Counted from the first letter of the stretch, positions 41,022 through 53,955 are shown. The stretch: DNA of 64,000 nucleotides from Alphaproteobacteria bacterium (GCA_965214705.1 CBDCCI010000002.1:992001-1056000), one strand, 5' to 3'. The notes: generated by a model from the sequence alone, not told the origin. Program-made: numbers and translations.

Positions 41022-42158
41022 TCAGCCGGCAAGCGCGGCATCGCGCTCCTGATGGAAATTGTGCAGCCCGATCTCGTTCCGGCCGAACACGATTTCGCGC
41101 TGGATGCCGGCGGCGAGGTTCGCCTGCACGCCCTCCATCACGGCGAAGTCCTCGTTGTCCAGCACGCCCAAAGCGAGCCGCATCATCTCCTCCCAGTCGC
41201 GGTTGGAGCGGTCTTCAGAGGGCGAGGCGAAGCTGAAGCGGCACACCGTGGTGTCGGGCCGTTCGGGGTCGGGGAAGAAGCGCGCAAGTTCCACGTGCGG
41301 CCCCTGGCTGATGAACACCGCATTGGGGAAGAGGCGATAGACGATGGTCGCGTGCGGCACCACGCGCCAGGTCTCCGGGTCGTCGTCGCGCTGGTCAATG
41401 ATGCTGCGGCGGGGCGCCACCAGCCGGGCGTGCCGGCCGCAGGCCTCGTAGAGGAAGACCGTGCCGAACAGCGTCTTGCCAATGGAGGCCCGGTGCAGGA
41501 TGGGCACGTGGTAGTACTCGAGGAAGGTATCGACCCCGAGCTTCCAGTTCATCCGCTTGGTCCAGACGTGACTGCCGCGGTGGCGGTAGTCGGCGAGCCC
41601 GAAGGCCGCAAGCTCGGCACCGAAATCGCCGAGGGCTTCGTCGAGGTCGAGCGTGCCGCCGGGGTCCAGCAGCAGCCAGACGAAGCCGTCGCGCTCCTCC
41701 GTGGGGAAGCGCACCAGGGCTTCTTCGCCGACGACGACATCGGGGAAGTGCTCGGCCCCCGGCTGCGCCGTGAGCACGCCGCAGCGGTCGTAGGTCCAGT
41801 TGTGGTAGGGGCAGACGAAGTTCTTGCTCACTTGACCCGCGCCGTCGAGCAGGCGGGCGCCACGGTGCCGGCAGGTGTTCAGCAGGCCGCGTACCGTGCC
41901 CGCGTCGTCGCGGATCAGCATGACCGGCACGCCGGCGATGTCGAGCGTGAGGTAGTCGCCGGGCTCGGCGACCTCGCAGCCGAAGGCGACGGGCAGCGGC
42001 TGGCCGCGAAAAATCTTCTCGATCTCGTCTGCGAGCGCCGTCCGGCAGGTGTAGCGCCTGCCGTCTACGGCCATGGAAGTCTCGGCCTCGGGCAAGGCGC
42101 GTCGGTCGATACGGTCGAGCGCTTCGGCGGCGAGGCGGAGTTCGGTCTGGTGCTGCAA
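41022..42158 (-). CDS. Rieske non-haem iron oxygenase alpha subunit
   Basis: NTCRHRG...CPYHNWTY Rieske motif; NWK...E.YHVPILH and ED mononuclear-iron motif. Confidence 0.92.
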   Translation of the reverse strand: MQHQTELRLAAEALDRIDRRALPEAETSMAVDGRRYTCRTALADEIEKIFRGQPLPVAFGCEVAEPGDYLTLDIAGVPVMLIRDDAGTVRGLLNTCRHRGARLLDGAGQVSKNFVCPYHNWTYDRCGVLTAQPGAEHFPDVVVGEEALVRFPTEERDGFVWLLLDPGGTLDLDEALGDFGAELAAFGLADYRHRGSHVWTKRMNWKLGVDTFLEYYHVPILHRASIGKTLFGTVFLYEACGRHARLVAPRRSIIDQRDDDPETWRVVPHATIVYRLFPNAVFISQGPHVELARFFPDPERPDTTVCRFSFASPSEDRSNRDWEEMMRLALGVLDNEDFAVMEGVQANLAAGIQREIVFGRNEIGLHNFHQERDAALAG

Positions 42159-42424
42159 GGGGTCCTCTTCGCGGTCGTGACAGGGCCCATACTAGCTGAT
42201 AACGCCGTCCGCGACCCCACCCGCGCGATGGCGTGGGCGCGATGCCGTGGATGCGCCCGTCCATCGCTTGAATTACGGACGCTGCGCCAACGACTTACGC
42301 GCCGCGCGCGGCGATTCGACCGGATGGCTAAGTTCGGCTATAGTGGACTGATGGAAAAGCGAAGCGACGCCACTCTCTTCGCTCTATTGCGCTGTCATCC
42401 AAGATCGTTCGCGACTCTCATTAT

Positions 42425-43492
42425 GTGAGGGCGGAACCCATGGTGGCGACCCCAATCCCCCGCAAAATCGTCGGATGGTCAACAATCGTAGGCGCCTTGG
42501 CTTTGGTAATGGTCGGCGCGACTTTTGCGCTCGCCAGTACCACCGATGTGGACGCCGAATCCGCAGAGATTGTTCCCGACACTGATGAGCAGTTGACGCA
42601 AAGAGAGCTTCGCTGGTGCATCTTCGAGTCCGCCAGACTGGATGGAGAAATCGAAGAGCTGGATGCGCGGTTAGACTGGGAAGTAGAAAACTATAACGTG
42701 CGGTCCAAGGCCTACCAGGAGCACTGCTCGGACAGGAAGTATAGCGAGGGAGACAAGTCCGCGATCGAAGATGAGTTGACGCCTGCCAAGCGTCTCTCCC
42801 TCAAGGAGCAGGGCGCCGCTCGGGTCACGGACGCCCGCGCCGAGCGTGAGAACCGACGCATTCACGTCAAGGAGCATGTCGCGCGCGTGCTTGCGGCGCC
42901 GGAACATGCTGCCGAGGAACTTGGCCGTGTTTCGCAATGGGGCGACCTCATTGCCACCGGCCGGGAGCAAGGACCCTGGCACGAGGTCGAGTGGCCCGCT
43001 GCCGCGCCGGAACAGGCGCCGGGTGCCGGATGGGTGCTGGGCGGTCTCCTGGGCCGCGGTGCCGGGACAGACGGTCGCTACGCCTACTGCGAGCAGCGCG
43101 CAGGCGATCGCGCGACTCACAACGATGTCTTGAGAAGGGATATTGATCTTCACACGATCAGCTCGTTTACGGTCGAGAACGGGCTGGAAGACAATGCCTA
43201 CGTGAAGCTGGTTCGCGAGCAGGATAACGCGGTGGTTTCCCTGTTTGTCGCGGCGAAGCAAACGGGGTCGTTGATCGGATTACCGACAGGTTCCTATGAA
43301 ATCGTCTTCGCGACAGGCTCCAATTTCAGCCGTGGCTGCGATTCGTTCTCTCAACGCGGTACTGCCCAAAGATTCCCGAACCGAATTGACTACGGCCGTC
43401 GCGCCGTGGTTTGGACTCTCTCGCTTCAGAAAGAGGAGGACGGAAACGCGCGCGCAGATTCGATGAGCTACGACGAATTCGACAGGCTTTAG
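42425..43492 (+). CDS. Hypothetical exported/membrane-anchored protein
   Basis: 355-aa ORF with an N-terminal hydrophobic segment, Cys pairs, an SH3b-like stretch (GPWHEV...GWV) and a beta-rich C-terminus; visibly more AT-rich codons than its neighbours. Confidence 0.7.
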   Translation: MRAEPMVATPIPRKIVGWSTIVGALALVMVGATFALASTTDVDAESAEIVPDTDEQLTQRELRWCIFESARLDGEIEELDARLDWEVENYNVRSKAYQEHCSDRKYSEGDKSAIEDELTPAKRLSLKEQGAARVTDARAERENRRIHVKEHVARVLAAPEHAAEELGRVSQWGDLIATGREQGPWHEVEWPAAAPEQAPGAGWVLGGLLGRGAGTDGRYAYCEQRAGDRATHNDVLRRDIDLHTISSFTVENGLEDNAYVKLVREQDNAVVSLFVAAKQTGSLIGLPTGSYEIVFATGSNFSRGCDSFSQRGTAQRFPNRIDYGRRAVVWTLSLQKEEDGNARADSMSYDEFDRL

Positions 43493-43708
43493 TGGACTGC
43501 ATTTGTTGTGCCAAGAATCAACCGTTCTCGCGACTCCTTAATAAGATAGCTTCTCACACAAATTGCGCGAACTGTACGACGCGCGTGACTTGTCCGTCTT
43601 CAAATTCACCCACACCACTCGTAGAATCGTGACCAGCGAATCGTGTCGCCGGAAAGGGCTGCTGCAGCCACGGACGATTTGGGGCCGCGCGGCCGCCGGA
43701 AGTAGAGC

Positions 43709-44878
43709 ATGACCGGATCCCCGGAGACTCAAGACCTTGCCATCACCCTCGGGGTCGAGGAGGAGTTTTTTCTCGTCGATCCTGAGTCCCGCGACCTCGT
43801 CGCCGATCCGGACGAGGGCATCTTCGAGGCCTGCGAGCGGAGCGGCGGGCCGCACAAGGTCGTCCACGAGTTCCTGCGCTCCCAGATCGAGACCAACACG
43901 CGGGTGTGCGGCTCGGTGGCGGACGTGCGCGAGGCGCTGAGCGAGACCCGGCAGCTGGTCGTCGAGGCGGCGGAGGCGCACGGCGCGCGGGTGATGGCCG
44001 CCTCCACCCATCCCTTCGCCTCATGGCGGGAGCAGGCGCCCACGCCCGGCGAGCGCTACCGACGGTTCGCCTCCACATATCAGGAGAGCGTGCGCCGCGC
44101 CCTCGTCGGCGGCATGCACATTCACGCGGGCTTCGGCGATGAAGACTCGCGCATCCGGGTGATGACCGCGCTCAGGCGCTACCTGCCGTTTCTCCATGCG
44201 CTCTCCGCCTCCTCGCCGTTCAACGGCGGGCACGAGACCGGGTTCAAGTCCTTTCGGCTGACGGTGATGGGCGCTCTGCCGCGCACCGGCCTGCCCAGCC
44301 CGCTGCACTCGCGGGCGGAGTACGAGCGGCTCGTCGCCGAGTATCTGCGCATGGACTACATCGGCGATGCCCGAGAGCTCTGGTGGGACATTCGCCCGGC
44401 CAGCGCGTTTCCCACCATCGAGCTGCGCATCTGCGACGTGTGCACGCGCCTGGAGGACGCGGTGAGCGTCGCGGCGCTCTACGCCTCCCTCATCCGCTGG
44501 CTCCTGCGGCACGACCGTGACGGCACGCTGCCGCCCGAGCCGCACACCGAGCTCATCTTCCAGGATCGCTGGATCGCCCAGCGCTACGGCGTATTGGCCT
44601 TCTTCGGCGATCGGGCCTCCGGCAGCGGACGGATCGACATCGACGACTATGCGGCGGGGCTGGTGGAGGCGCTCGCGGACGATGCCCGCGCGCTCGGCTG
44701 CGAGGCGGAGGTGCGCCGCGCGCTCACCATCGTCAGAGACGGGACCGGTGCCGACCGCCAGATCGACCTCTACCGCCTGCGCCGCCTTGAGGGCGACAGC
44801 GAGGCGGAGGCTCTGCATCGTGTGGTGGATCAGGTGCTGGCCGAGACGAAGGAGGGGCTCGGGGACGGCGGCGGGTGA
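43709..44878 (+). CDS. Carboxylate-amine ligase (glutamate-cysteine ligase 2, YbdK-like)
   Basis: TLGVEEEFFLVD, SQIETNT, GMHIHAG, ALSASSPF, WWDIRP, TIELRICD. Confidence 0.93.
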   Translation: MTGSPETQDLAITLGVEEEFFLVDPESRDLVADPDEGIFEACERSGGPHKVVHEFLRSQIETNTRVCGSVADVREALSETRQLVVEAAEAHGARVMAASTHPFASWREQAPTPGERYRRFASTYQESVRRALVGGMHIHAGFGDEDSRIRVMTALRRYLPFLHALSASSPFNGGHETGFKSFRLTVMGALPRTGLPSPLHSRAEYERLVAEYLRMDYIGDARELWWDIRPASAFPTIELRICDVCTRLEDAVSVAALYASLIRWLLRHDRDGTLPPEPHTELIFQDRWIAQRYGVLAFFGDRASGSGRIDIDDYAAGLVEALADDARALGCEAEVRRALTIVRDGTGADRQIDLYRLRRLEGDSEAEALHRVVDQVLAETKEGLGDGGG

Positions 44879-45036
44879 GGGGATTTCGGCTATCCCTTGG
44901 TCTGGCCCTTGAGCACCGCCTGGGCGAGCAGGGCTTCGCGCCAGAGCGCGACCAGCCCCTTGGCATCGAGGTAACGGGGATGCAGGCTCCAGAGGCGCAT
45001 TCCTTGACAATCGGGCCCGGCCGGCGGCGCCGCAAG

Positions 45037-45117
45037 CAACCATGTGTGGTAGAAGGGAGCCGATCACCCACAACATGTCGTGCGATCGTTGGCAGGCGCA
45101 CGGCGGCTCCCTATAGT
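45037..45117 (+). promoter_or_regulatory. Predicted parE promoter with two upstream NrdR-box-like sites
   Basis: CAACCATGTGTGGTAG (45037-45052) and CCACAACATGTCGTGC (45068-45083), 31 bp apart; TTGGCA(45089)-17 bp-TATAGT(45112). Confidence 0.6.
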
Positions 45118-45154
45118 ATGTGTCTGCGCCACCACGCGATCGTTGCACCGTTCC

Positions 45155-47242
45155 ATGGCCGATAACCTCGATCTCTTCGCAGGGCTCGACAAGAGCGCTC
45201 CCGCCAAGAAGCGGAAGCCTGCGCGCAAGGCCGCGCGGAAGGCGCCGGGCGCCACCGGCCGCCGGGGCAAGGCAAGGGCGCCGGCGCCCCAGCCCGCGCC
45301 GCCCGCCTACGGCGACTACACCGCGCACGACATCGAGATTCTGGAGGGGCTGGAGCCGGTGCGCCGCCGACCCGGCATGTATGTCGGCGGCACCGATCAG
45401 CGGGCGCTGCACCACCTGCTGGCCGAGCTCATCGACAACGCGATGGACGAGGCGATCGCAGGCCACGCGAGCCGGATCGAGATCGCGCTCCACGGCGACG
45501 GCTCGGCCTCGGTCAAGGACAACGGCCGGGGCATCCCCGTCGACCCGCACCCCAAGTACGAGAACGTCTCGGCGCTGCAGGTGATCCTCACCACGCTGCA
45601 CTCCGGCGGCAAGTTCGGCGACAAGGTGTACGCGACCTCGGGCGGCCTGCACGGGGTGGGCCTCTCGGTGGTCAACGCGCTCTCGAACGCGCTGACGGTC
45701 GAGGTCGCACGCGACAAGCGGCTGTGGCGGCAGTCCTGCGCACGGGGCACACCGACCGGCCCGCTGGAGGACGCGGGTCCCGTCACCAACCGGCGCGGCA
45801 CGCTCGTGCGTTTCCACCCCGACCCCGAGATCTTCGGCGACGGCGTCCACTTCGGACCGGGGCCGCTCTACGAGATGGCGCGGACCCGCGCCTACCTCTA
45901 CCGCGGGGTCGAGATTCGCTGGTCGTGCGACGCGGCGCTGCTCACTGATGCCGGCGCGGTGCCGGAGACGGCGGTGCTGCACTATCCGGGCGGCCTCGTC
46001 GACTATCTGAGCGCCACCCTCGGCAAGCGCCACACGCTGACGCCGGCACCCTTCGCCGGCCAGGGATCGCTCAACGGCGACGCCGGGCGCATCGAGTGGG
46101 CGCTGGCCTGGCCGGAAGACGAGGAGGGCTTCATCGCCTCCCACTGCAACACCGTGCCCACCAGCCAGGGCGGCAGCCACGAGGCTGGGATGCGGTCCGC
46201 TCTCGTGCGCGGGCTCAAGGGCTACGGCGCGCTCGTGGGCAACAAGCGCGCGGCGCAGCTCACCGCGGACGACGTCACGGGAGGCGCCTGCGCGCTGCTC
46301 TCGGTGTTCCTGCGCGACCCGCAGTTCCAGGGGCAGACCAAGGAGCGGCTCGCCTCGCCCGAGGCCGGCCGCCTGGTGGAGAACGCCCTCGGCGATCACT
46401 TCGACCATTGGCTCTCGGCCGATCCCACCGCCGCCAACCTCTTGCTCGAGCGCGTGGTCGAGCGAGCCGAGGAGCGGCTTCGGCGCCGGAAAGACCGCGA
46501 GGTCGCCCGCAAGCGCGCGGCCCGCAAGACCCGGCTGCCGGGCAAGCTTGCCGATTGCGCGCGCGAGGCGGCGGACGGCACCGAGATCTTTCTGGTCGAG
46601 GGCGATTCGGCGGGCGGCTCCGCCAAGCAGGCGCGCAACCGCGAGACGCAGGCGGTGCTGCCGCTGCGCGGCAAGATCCTCAATGTGGCGAGTGCCAGCG
46701 CCGACAAGCTGCGGGGCAACAAGGAGCTCGATGATCTGGTCCAGGCGCTTGGTTGCGGCACCGGCGCGCGCTTCGACGCGGGCGCGCTCCGCTACGAGCG
46801 TGTCGTCATCATGACCGATGCGGACGTCGACGGCGCCCACATCGCCGCGCTGCTGATGACGTTCTTCTACCGGCAGATGCCGGGGCTCATCGATGCTGGC
46901 CACCTCTTCCTGGCGCAGCCGCCGCTCTATCGCCTGGCGCGCGGCGGCACCACCCGCTACGCGCGCGACGATGCCGACCGCGACAGATTGCTCGCCAGCG
47001 ACTTCGCCGGCGCCGGCAAGGTCGAGATCAGCCGTTTCAAGGGGCTCGGCGAGATGCCGCCGGCCCAGCTCAAGGAGACCACGATGGACCCGGCGCGGCG
47101 CACGCTGCTGCGCGTCGAGGTCGCCGAGGACGCAGGCACGGCCACGGCGCGCCGGGTCGAGGAGCTGATGGGACGTCGCCCCGAATCCCGCCTCGCCTTC
47201 ATCCAGACCCACGCCGACCGGGTGACCGCTCTCGACCTGTAA
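45155..47242 (+). CDS. parE: DNA topoisomerase IV subunit B
   Basis: LEGLEPVRRRPGMY, DNAMDE, SGGLHGVG, VEGDSAGGSAKQAR, MTDADVDGAHI, RFKGLGEMPPAQLKETTM; PVR and HIAAL variants favour ParE over GyrB. Confidence 0.93.
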   Translation: MADNLDLFAGLDKSAPAKKRKPARKAARKAPGATGRRGKARAPAPQPAPPAYGDYTAHDIEILEGLEPVRRRPGMYVGGTDQRALHHLLAELIDNAMDEAIAGHASRIEIALHGDGSASVKDNGRGIPVDPHPKYENVSALQVILTTLHSGGKFGDKVYATSGGLHGVGLSVVNALSNALTVEVARDKRLWRQSCARGTPTGPLEDAGPVTNRRGTLVRFHPDPEIFGDGVHFGPGPLYEMARTRAYLYRGVEIRWSCDAALLTDAGAVPETAVLHYPGGLVDYLSATLGKRHTLTPAPFAGQGSLNGDAGRIEWALAWPEDEEGFIASHCNTVPTSQGGSHEAGMRSALVRGLKGYGALVGNKRAAQLTADDVTGGACALLSVFLRDPQFQGQTKERLASPEAGRLVENALGDHFDHWLSADPTAANLLLERVVERAEERLRRRKDREVARKRAARKTRLPGKLADCAREAADGTEIFLVEGDSAGGSAKQARNRETQAVLPLRGKILNVASASADKLRGNKELDDLVQALGCGTGARFDAGALRYERVVIMTDADVDGAHIAALLMTFFYRQMPGLIDAGHLFLAQPPLYRLARGGTTRYARDDADRDRLLASDFAGAGKVEISRFKGLGEMPPAQLKETTMDPARRTLLRVEVAEDAGTATARRVEELMGRRPESRLAFIQTHADRVTALDL

Positions 47243-47266
47243 GGGCGCGCGGGCGCGCCTGTCTTG

Positions 47267-47372
47267 TCGCTCACGGCAGCCGGCCTTTGGCCGGCGCCTC
47301 CGCGAGGGCGCCGCTTAAGCGGCGGGCCGCGGTCGCGGCCTGTCGCGCGTTCGTCAGCGACGAACGCGCTCC
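47267..47372 (-). repeat. Structured intergenic repeat A, copy 3
   Basis: rc: GGAGC-GCGTTCGTC(GCT)GACGAACGC-...-(TTAA)-...-(AAA)-TGCCGTGAGCGA; between convergent genes. Confidence 0.9.
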
Positions 47373-47386
47373 ACGCTCGGGCGGGG

Positions 47387-48361
47387 TCAGAAGTCGAGGG
47401 TGACGCGGCCGTCCTGCAGCAGCACCTGGAACGCCTGGAAGGTCTCGGCGGTGCCATCCTCCAGAGAAATTGCACCGTAGTCGCCGATATGTGCACGCAG
47501 CAGCGCATCCTGGTCCTCCATCGGGAAGGGCAGAGGATCGCCGCTCGCCCGCACCCGCGCGCCGGGAGCAAGCCGTCGGATCGCGTCCAGCCCATCCTCG
47601 ATCGGGGTGACGGTCCCGTTACAGTCGAAGGCAGGCGCGCCGTCGCCGTCCCGCGAGATGGCCTGGAGGAAGGCCGCCGCGACCTCGCCCGCGTAGAGAT
47701 ACGAGATGGCGCCGGTGAAGGGCACCTCGTAGTCGCGCCCGGCGGCCGCCGCCAGGATCGCGACCGTGGTCTTCGACGTCATGCCCTGGTCGCGGCCGAC
47801 GCCGTAGACGATGCCGGGTCGGAGCCCGATGCTCGGCACCTCCCAGTCCTGCCAGTAGGTCCGGGCGATCGCTTCGTCGCAAGCCTTGTAGGCACCGTAG
47901 AGGGTGGGGGCGTAGCCGCTCTCCGCCGGCGCGCCGTGGGCTGCGATGGAGCTGGCGTAGGCGAGGCGGCGCACGCCGTGGCACCGGGCCGCCTCGAACA
48001 CGGCCACCGTGCCGACCACGTTGACGCGCGCGCCTGCGACGGGGTCCGCCTTGCAGAAGGGCACCTGCAGGGCCGCGAGGTGAAGAATCGCCCCGATCCC
48101 GTTCTCATCGACCACCCGATCGACGGCCTCGGCATCGGCAATGTCTCCCTCCACCCAGGTTACTCGTGCGAGTTCTTCCTCCGACATCAAGAGTCCCGGC
48201 CGGCGGCGGCTCGAGTCGAGGTCGAAGGAGACGGCAGGCACGCCGGCGCGCACCAGGATCGCAAGCGCCCAGCTCCCGATACATCCGCTGGAGCCGGTCA
48301 CCAGCACCGGCCGGTCGAAATCCTCTTTGCGCGCGGTGAAGCGGCTGTTCAGCGAGTCCAT
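47387..48361 (-). CDS. NAD-dependent epimerase/dehydratase
   Basis: VLVTGSSGCIG, HLAAL, YASS, YGAYK, LRP..VYG. Confidence 0.9.
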   Translation of the reverse strand: MDSLNSRFTARKEDFDRPVLVTGSSGCIGSWALAILVRAGVPAVSFDLDSSRRRPGLLMSEEELARVTWVEGDIADAEAVDRVVDENGIGAILHLAALQVPFCKADPVAGARVNVVGTVAVFEAARCHGVRRLAYASSIAAHGAPAESGYAPTLYGAYKACDEAIARTYWQDWEVPSIGLRPGIVYGVGRDQGMTSKTTVAILAAAAGRDYEVPFTGAISYLYAGEVAAAFLQAISRDGDGAPAFDCNGTVTPIEDGLDAIRRLAPGARVRASGDPLPFPMEDQDALLRAHIGDYGAISLEDGTAETFQAFQVLLQDGRVTLDF

Positions 48362-48522
48362 GGCTCTCACTCGGTGGTGTGGAAGGGTCGCATGGCGAGG
48401 CGCGGAGTCTGGCACGCGATGGGGACCGCGGCCAACGGCCGGCCGTGCGGGTCTGTTTCCAGATGTAACCCGTGGCTATCATCGCGCTGCTTGGGCTTTC
48501 GGCTCGTGAGGGAAGTGGAGTC

Positions 48523-49449
48523 ATGACGGAAACCTCGGCGGCGCGCGGCAGGGACATCGTCCTCCTGGACGGCGGTGTGGGGCAGGAGCTCTATCGCCGC
48601 AGCACGCGGCCGGCGGCGCCGCTCTGGTCGGTCCAGGTGATGATGGACGAGCCGGCGCTGGTCGAGGCCGTGCATCTCGACTTCATTGAGGCCGGCGCGC
48701 GGATCATCACGGTCAACACCTACACGGCGACGCCCCACAGGCTCACCCGCGAGGGCTTGCCCGACAAGTTCGAGGCCCTGCAGGGTGCCGCCTTCGCCGC
48801 AGCGGCCTCCGCCCGCGAGAAGAGCGGGCAGGCGGTCAGAATCGCCGGCTCTCTGCCACCGCTGGTCGGGAGCTACAGAGCGGATCTGACGCCGCCGGAG
48901 GACGAATGCCTCGCGAACTACCGCAGAATCGTCGCGGTGCAGGCCGACCACGTGGACCTGTTTCTGTGCGAGACCATGCTGTCCGCAGCGGAAGCGCGCG
49001 CGGCGACGGTGGCCGCGGCCGAAAGCGGCCAGCCCGTCTGGACGGCGCTCTCGATCGACGATGCCGACGGCTCCGTGCTGCGCTCGGGCGAGGGTGTCGC
49101 CGAAGGAGCACGGGCCGCCGTGGATGCGGGCGCAGACGCGGTGCTGATCAACTGCTCCAGCCCCGAGGCGGTGGCCACCGCCATGCCGCTGCTGGCCGAA
49201 ATGGGGGTCCCCTTCGGCGGCTATGCCAACGGCTTCGTCTCCATAGCCGCGATGCAGCCGGGCGGAACGGTGGAGGCGTTGGAGGCGCGCGATGATCTGG
49301 GTCCTGCAGCCTACGCCGACCACGCGATGGGCTGGGTCGCGTCGGGTGCTGCCATCGTGGGCGGCTGCTGCGAGATCGGGCCCGGCCATATCGCGGCGCT
49401 GGGGCGGCGGCTCGCGGCGGAAGGGTACGAGCTCGCGGCCGCGCTCTAA
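48523..49449 (+). CDS. Homocysteine S-methyltransferase family protein
   Basis: [35 protein letters not shown] zinc motif. Confidence 0.92.
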   Translation: MTETSAARGRDIVLLDGGVGQELYRRSTRPAAPLWSVQVMMDEPALVEAVHLDFIEAGARIITVNTYTATPHRLTREGLPDKFEALQGAAFAAAASAREKSGQAVRIAGSLPPLVGSYRADLTPPEDECLANYRRIVAVQADHVDLFLCETMLSAAEARAATVAAAESGQPVWTALSIDDADGSVLRSGEGVAEGARAAVDAGADAVLINCSSPEAVATAMPLLAEMGVPFGGYANGFVSIAAMQPGGTVEALEARDDLGPAAYADHAMGWVASGAAIVGGCCEIGPGHIAALGRRLAAEGYELAAAL

Positions 49450-50438
49450 GCCAGAGCGGCGCTCGCAGCAGCCGTGATTTCGTAGGAGCGCAGACGGGCC
49501 GCGTGATCGTGAATGTTGGAGGTCACCATGATCTCGTCGACGCCGGTGTGCTTCGCAAACGTCGCGAGGCGCTCCGCCACAAGTTCGGGCGTGCCCGAGG
49601 CCGAACAGGTGAACCAGCGTTTCAGGATGGACTGCTCCTGCGCATCTAGGCCAGCCTCGAAGTCTCGCACCGGGCGGGGCAGGGGGCCGGGAACGCCCCG
49701 GTGCAGGTTGAGCACCGATTGCTGGGCCGAGCTTCGCACGTAAGCCGCCTCATCGTCGCTGTCGGCGGCGAAAACATTGAACCCCGCCATCACGTAGGGC
49801 GCGTCGCACTGTTCCGAGGGGCGGAACTGCTCGTGGTAGACCTCGATCGCCTGCATCAGCGCGGCGGGCGCGAAGTGTGACGCGAAGCCGTAGGGCAGCC
49901 CCAGCGCGGCCGCAAGCTGGGCGCCGAAGAGGCTTGAGCCCAGGATCCAGATCGGCACGTTGAGACCCGCCCCCGGCACCGCGCGCACGCGCCGCCCCGG
50001 CTCCGATTGCTGGAAATAGCTCTGCAGCTCCACCACGTCCCGCGGGAAGTCGTTGACGTCCCCGGTGAGCGTGCGCCTGAGTGCGTGCGACGTCATCTGG
50101 TCCGTTCCCGGCGCGCGGCCGATGCCGAGGTCGATCCGGCCCGGATAGAGCGATTCCAGGGTGCCGAACTGCTCGGCGATCACCAGCGGCGCGTGGTTGG
50201 GGAGCATGATGCCGCCAGCGCCGACGCGGATGGTCTCGGTGGCGCCCGCGACGTGGCCGATCAGCACCGCCGTTGCGGCGCTGCCGATCCCGGCCATGTT
50301 GTGATGCTCTGCCAGCCAATAGCGGCGGAATCCCAGGTGCTCGACGTGGCGCGCGAGCTCAACCGTGTTGCGGAAGGCCTGTGCCGCGTCCGCGCCTTCC
50401 GGGATCGGCGAAAGATCGAGAACCGAGAGAGCGACCAT
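49446..50438 (-). CDS. Luciferase-like (LLM) flavin monooxygenase, YhbW-like
   Basis: [36 protein letters not shown]. Confidence 0.92.
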   Translation of the reverse strand: MVALSVLDLSPIPEGADAAQAFRNTVELARHVEHLGFRRYWLAEHHNMAGIGSAATAVLIGHVAGATETIRVGAGGIMLPNHAPLVIAEQFGTLESLYPGRIDLGIGRAPGTDQMTSHALRRTLTGDVNDFPRDVVELQSYFQQSEPGRRVRAVPGAGLNVPIWILGSSLFGAQLAAALGLPYGFASHFAPAALMQAIEVYHEQFRPSEQCDAPYVMAGFNVFAADSDDEAAYVRSSAQQSVLNLHRGVPGPLPRPVRDFEAGLDAQEQSILKRWFTCSASGTPELVAERLATFAKHTGVDEIMVTSNIHDHAARLRSYEITAAASAALA

Positions 50439-50460
50439 GGACCGGGCGTCTTGCCTCGCC

Positions 50461-52626
<2,166 letters not shown>

Positions 52627-52745
52627 GGCGCACTATATGGCTGCCCCAAGCCCGGACGCCAGAGGGCGCTTTTTAGGGTCCTGCCGTTCTGGACAAACGC
52701 CATTGTCGGGCCGATAGTGCGGGCCGATTGCCCCGGAGGATGTGG

Positions 52746-53138
52746 ATGTATCAGAAGGAAACGCGCGCCATTGAAATCACGGTCAAGCCGTTCTATCTGG
52801 AGGAGCAGTCCGAGCCCGACGACAGCCACTTCGTATTCGCCTATCACATCCGGATCCAGAACAACGGCGGGGACGTGGTTCAGCTCTTGAACCGCTATTG
52901 GCAGATCACCGACGGCCTCGGCCGCATCCAGGAGGTGCGGGGCCCTGGGGTCGTGGGCGAGCAACCGGTGCTGCGGCCGGGGGAGGCATTCGAGTACACG
53001 AGCGGATGCCCGCTCAACACCGCGACCGGCATCATGGTTGGCACCTACGAGATGGAAACGCTGGACGGCGAGCGCTTCGATGTGGATATTCCCGCATTCT
53101 CGCTCGACGCGCCGGATGCGCCCGTGCGGCTCAACTGA
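52746..53138 (+). CDS. apaG: ApaG protein
   Basis: [46 protein letters not shown]. Confidence 0.95.
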   Translation: MYQKETRAIEITVKPFYLEEQSEPDDSHFVFAYHIRIQNNGGDVVQLLNRYWQITDGLGRIQEVRGPGVVGEQPVLRPGEAFEYTSGCPLNTATGIMVGTYEMETLDGERFDVDIPAFSLDAPDAPVRLN

Positions 53139-53250
53139 GATCGCGCAGCCGCCGGCACGCTGACCAGGACAACCGAACGACGCCGAGACCGTCTCGCCGC
53201 GGTCTCGCAGTACCGTACAGCCGGCCCGGAGCCGGAGAAGGAGACCGCCT

Positions 53251-53901
53251 GTGGACGACAGCCAGCCCGCGCCCCTCACCGGCGCCGATGACGACACGAC
53301 CCAGGGAGCGGGCGCACGACCGACGAGGGACGAGGCCGAGCAGGCGGTGCGCGTCCTGCTCCGCTGGGCCGGCGATGACCCCGAGCGCGAGGGGCTGCTC
53401 GATACTCCCAAGCGGGTTGCGCGCGCCTACGAGGAGTATTTCCGGGGCTACAGCCAGGACCCCTACGCGATCCTGCGCCGCACCTTCGAGGAGACCAACG
53501 GCTATGACGAGATGGTCGTTCTCCGCGACATCGATTTCCGCTCGCACTGCGAGCACCATGTGGCGCCGATCGTCGGCCGCGCCCACATCGGTTACTTGCC
53601 GGACCACCGCGTGATTGGCATCAGCAAGCTCGCGCGCGTGGTCGACGTCTACGCCCGGCGTCTGCAGATTCAGGAGAAGCTGACCGCCGAGATCGCCGAC
53701 GCGATCGAGACGGTCCTGCAACCGCGCGGCGTCGGAGTCGTGATCGAGGCGGCGCACCACTGCATGACGACCCGAGGCGTGTCCAAGGAGGGAGTCCTTA
53801 TGGTGACGAGCCGGATGCTCGGCACGTTTCGTACGGATCCGAAGACCCGCCGTGAGTTTCTCAGCATGATCGGGAACCCGGCGTCCTCGGTGCCGCGCTA
53901 G
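53251..53901 (+). CDS. folE: GTP cyclohydrolase I
   Basis: [39 protein letters not shown]. Confidence 0.97.
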   Translation: MDDSQPAPLTGADDDTTQGAGARPTRDEAEQAVRVLLRWAGDDPEREGLLDTPKRVARAYEEYFRGYSQDPYAILRRTFEETNGYDEMVVLRDIDFRSHCEHHVAPIVGRAHIGYLPDHRVIGISKLARVVDVYARRLQIQEKLTAEIADAIETVLQPRGVGVVIEAAHHCMTTRGVSKEGVLMVTSRMLGTFRTDPKTRREFLSMIGNPASSVPR

Positions 53902-53955
53902 GACGCCCGGCCCGGCTGAGCCGCCGGGCAGCCGCCAGGGCTCACGAGCCGCCCG

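Noticed and set aside
45004-45009. Perfect TTGACA as the parE -35 element
   Set aside because: No -10 element at 16-18 bp spacing; the TTGGCA/TATAGT pair downstream fits better.
45155-45310. Lys/Ala/Pro-rich N-terminal extension of ParE
   Set aside because: A DLF-containing flexible N-terminus is usual for alphaproteobacterial ParE.
48362-48522. Possible SAM-II or SAM/SAH riboswitch before the homocysteine methyltransferase
   Set aside because: CCCGTGG is present, but the GATTT...GCTAAA pseudoknot and SAM/SAH core motifs are not seen.
52627-52745. Alphaproteobacterial LexA box upstream of uvrB
   Set aside because: Only one GTTC; no GTTC-N7-GTTC or GAAC-N7-GAAC found.
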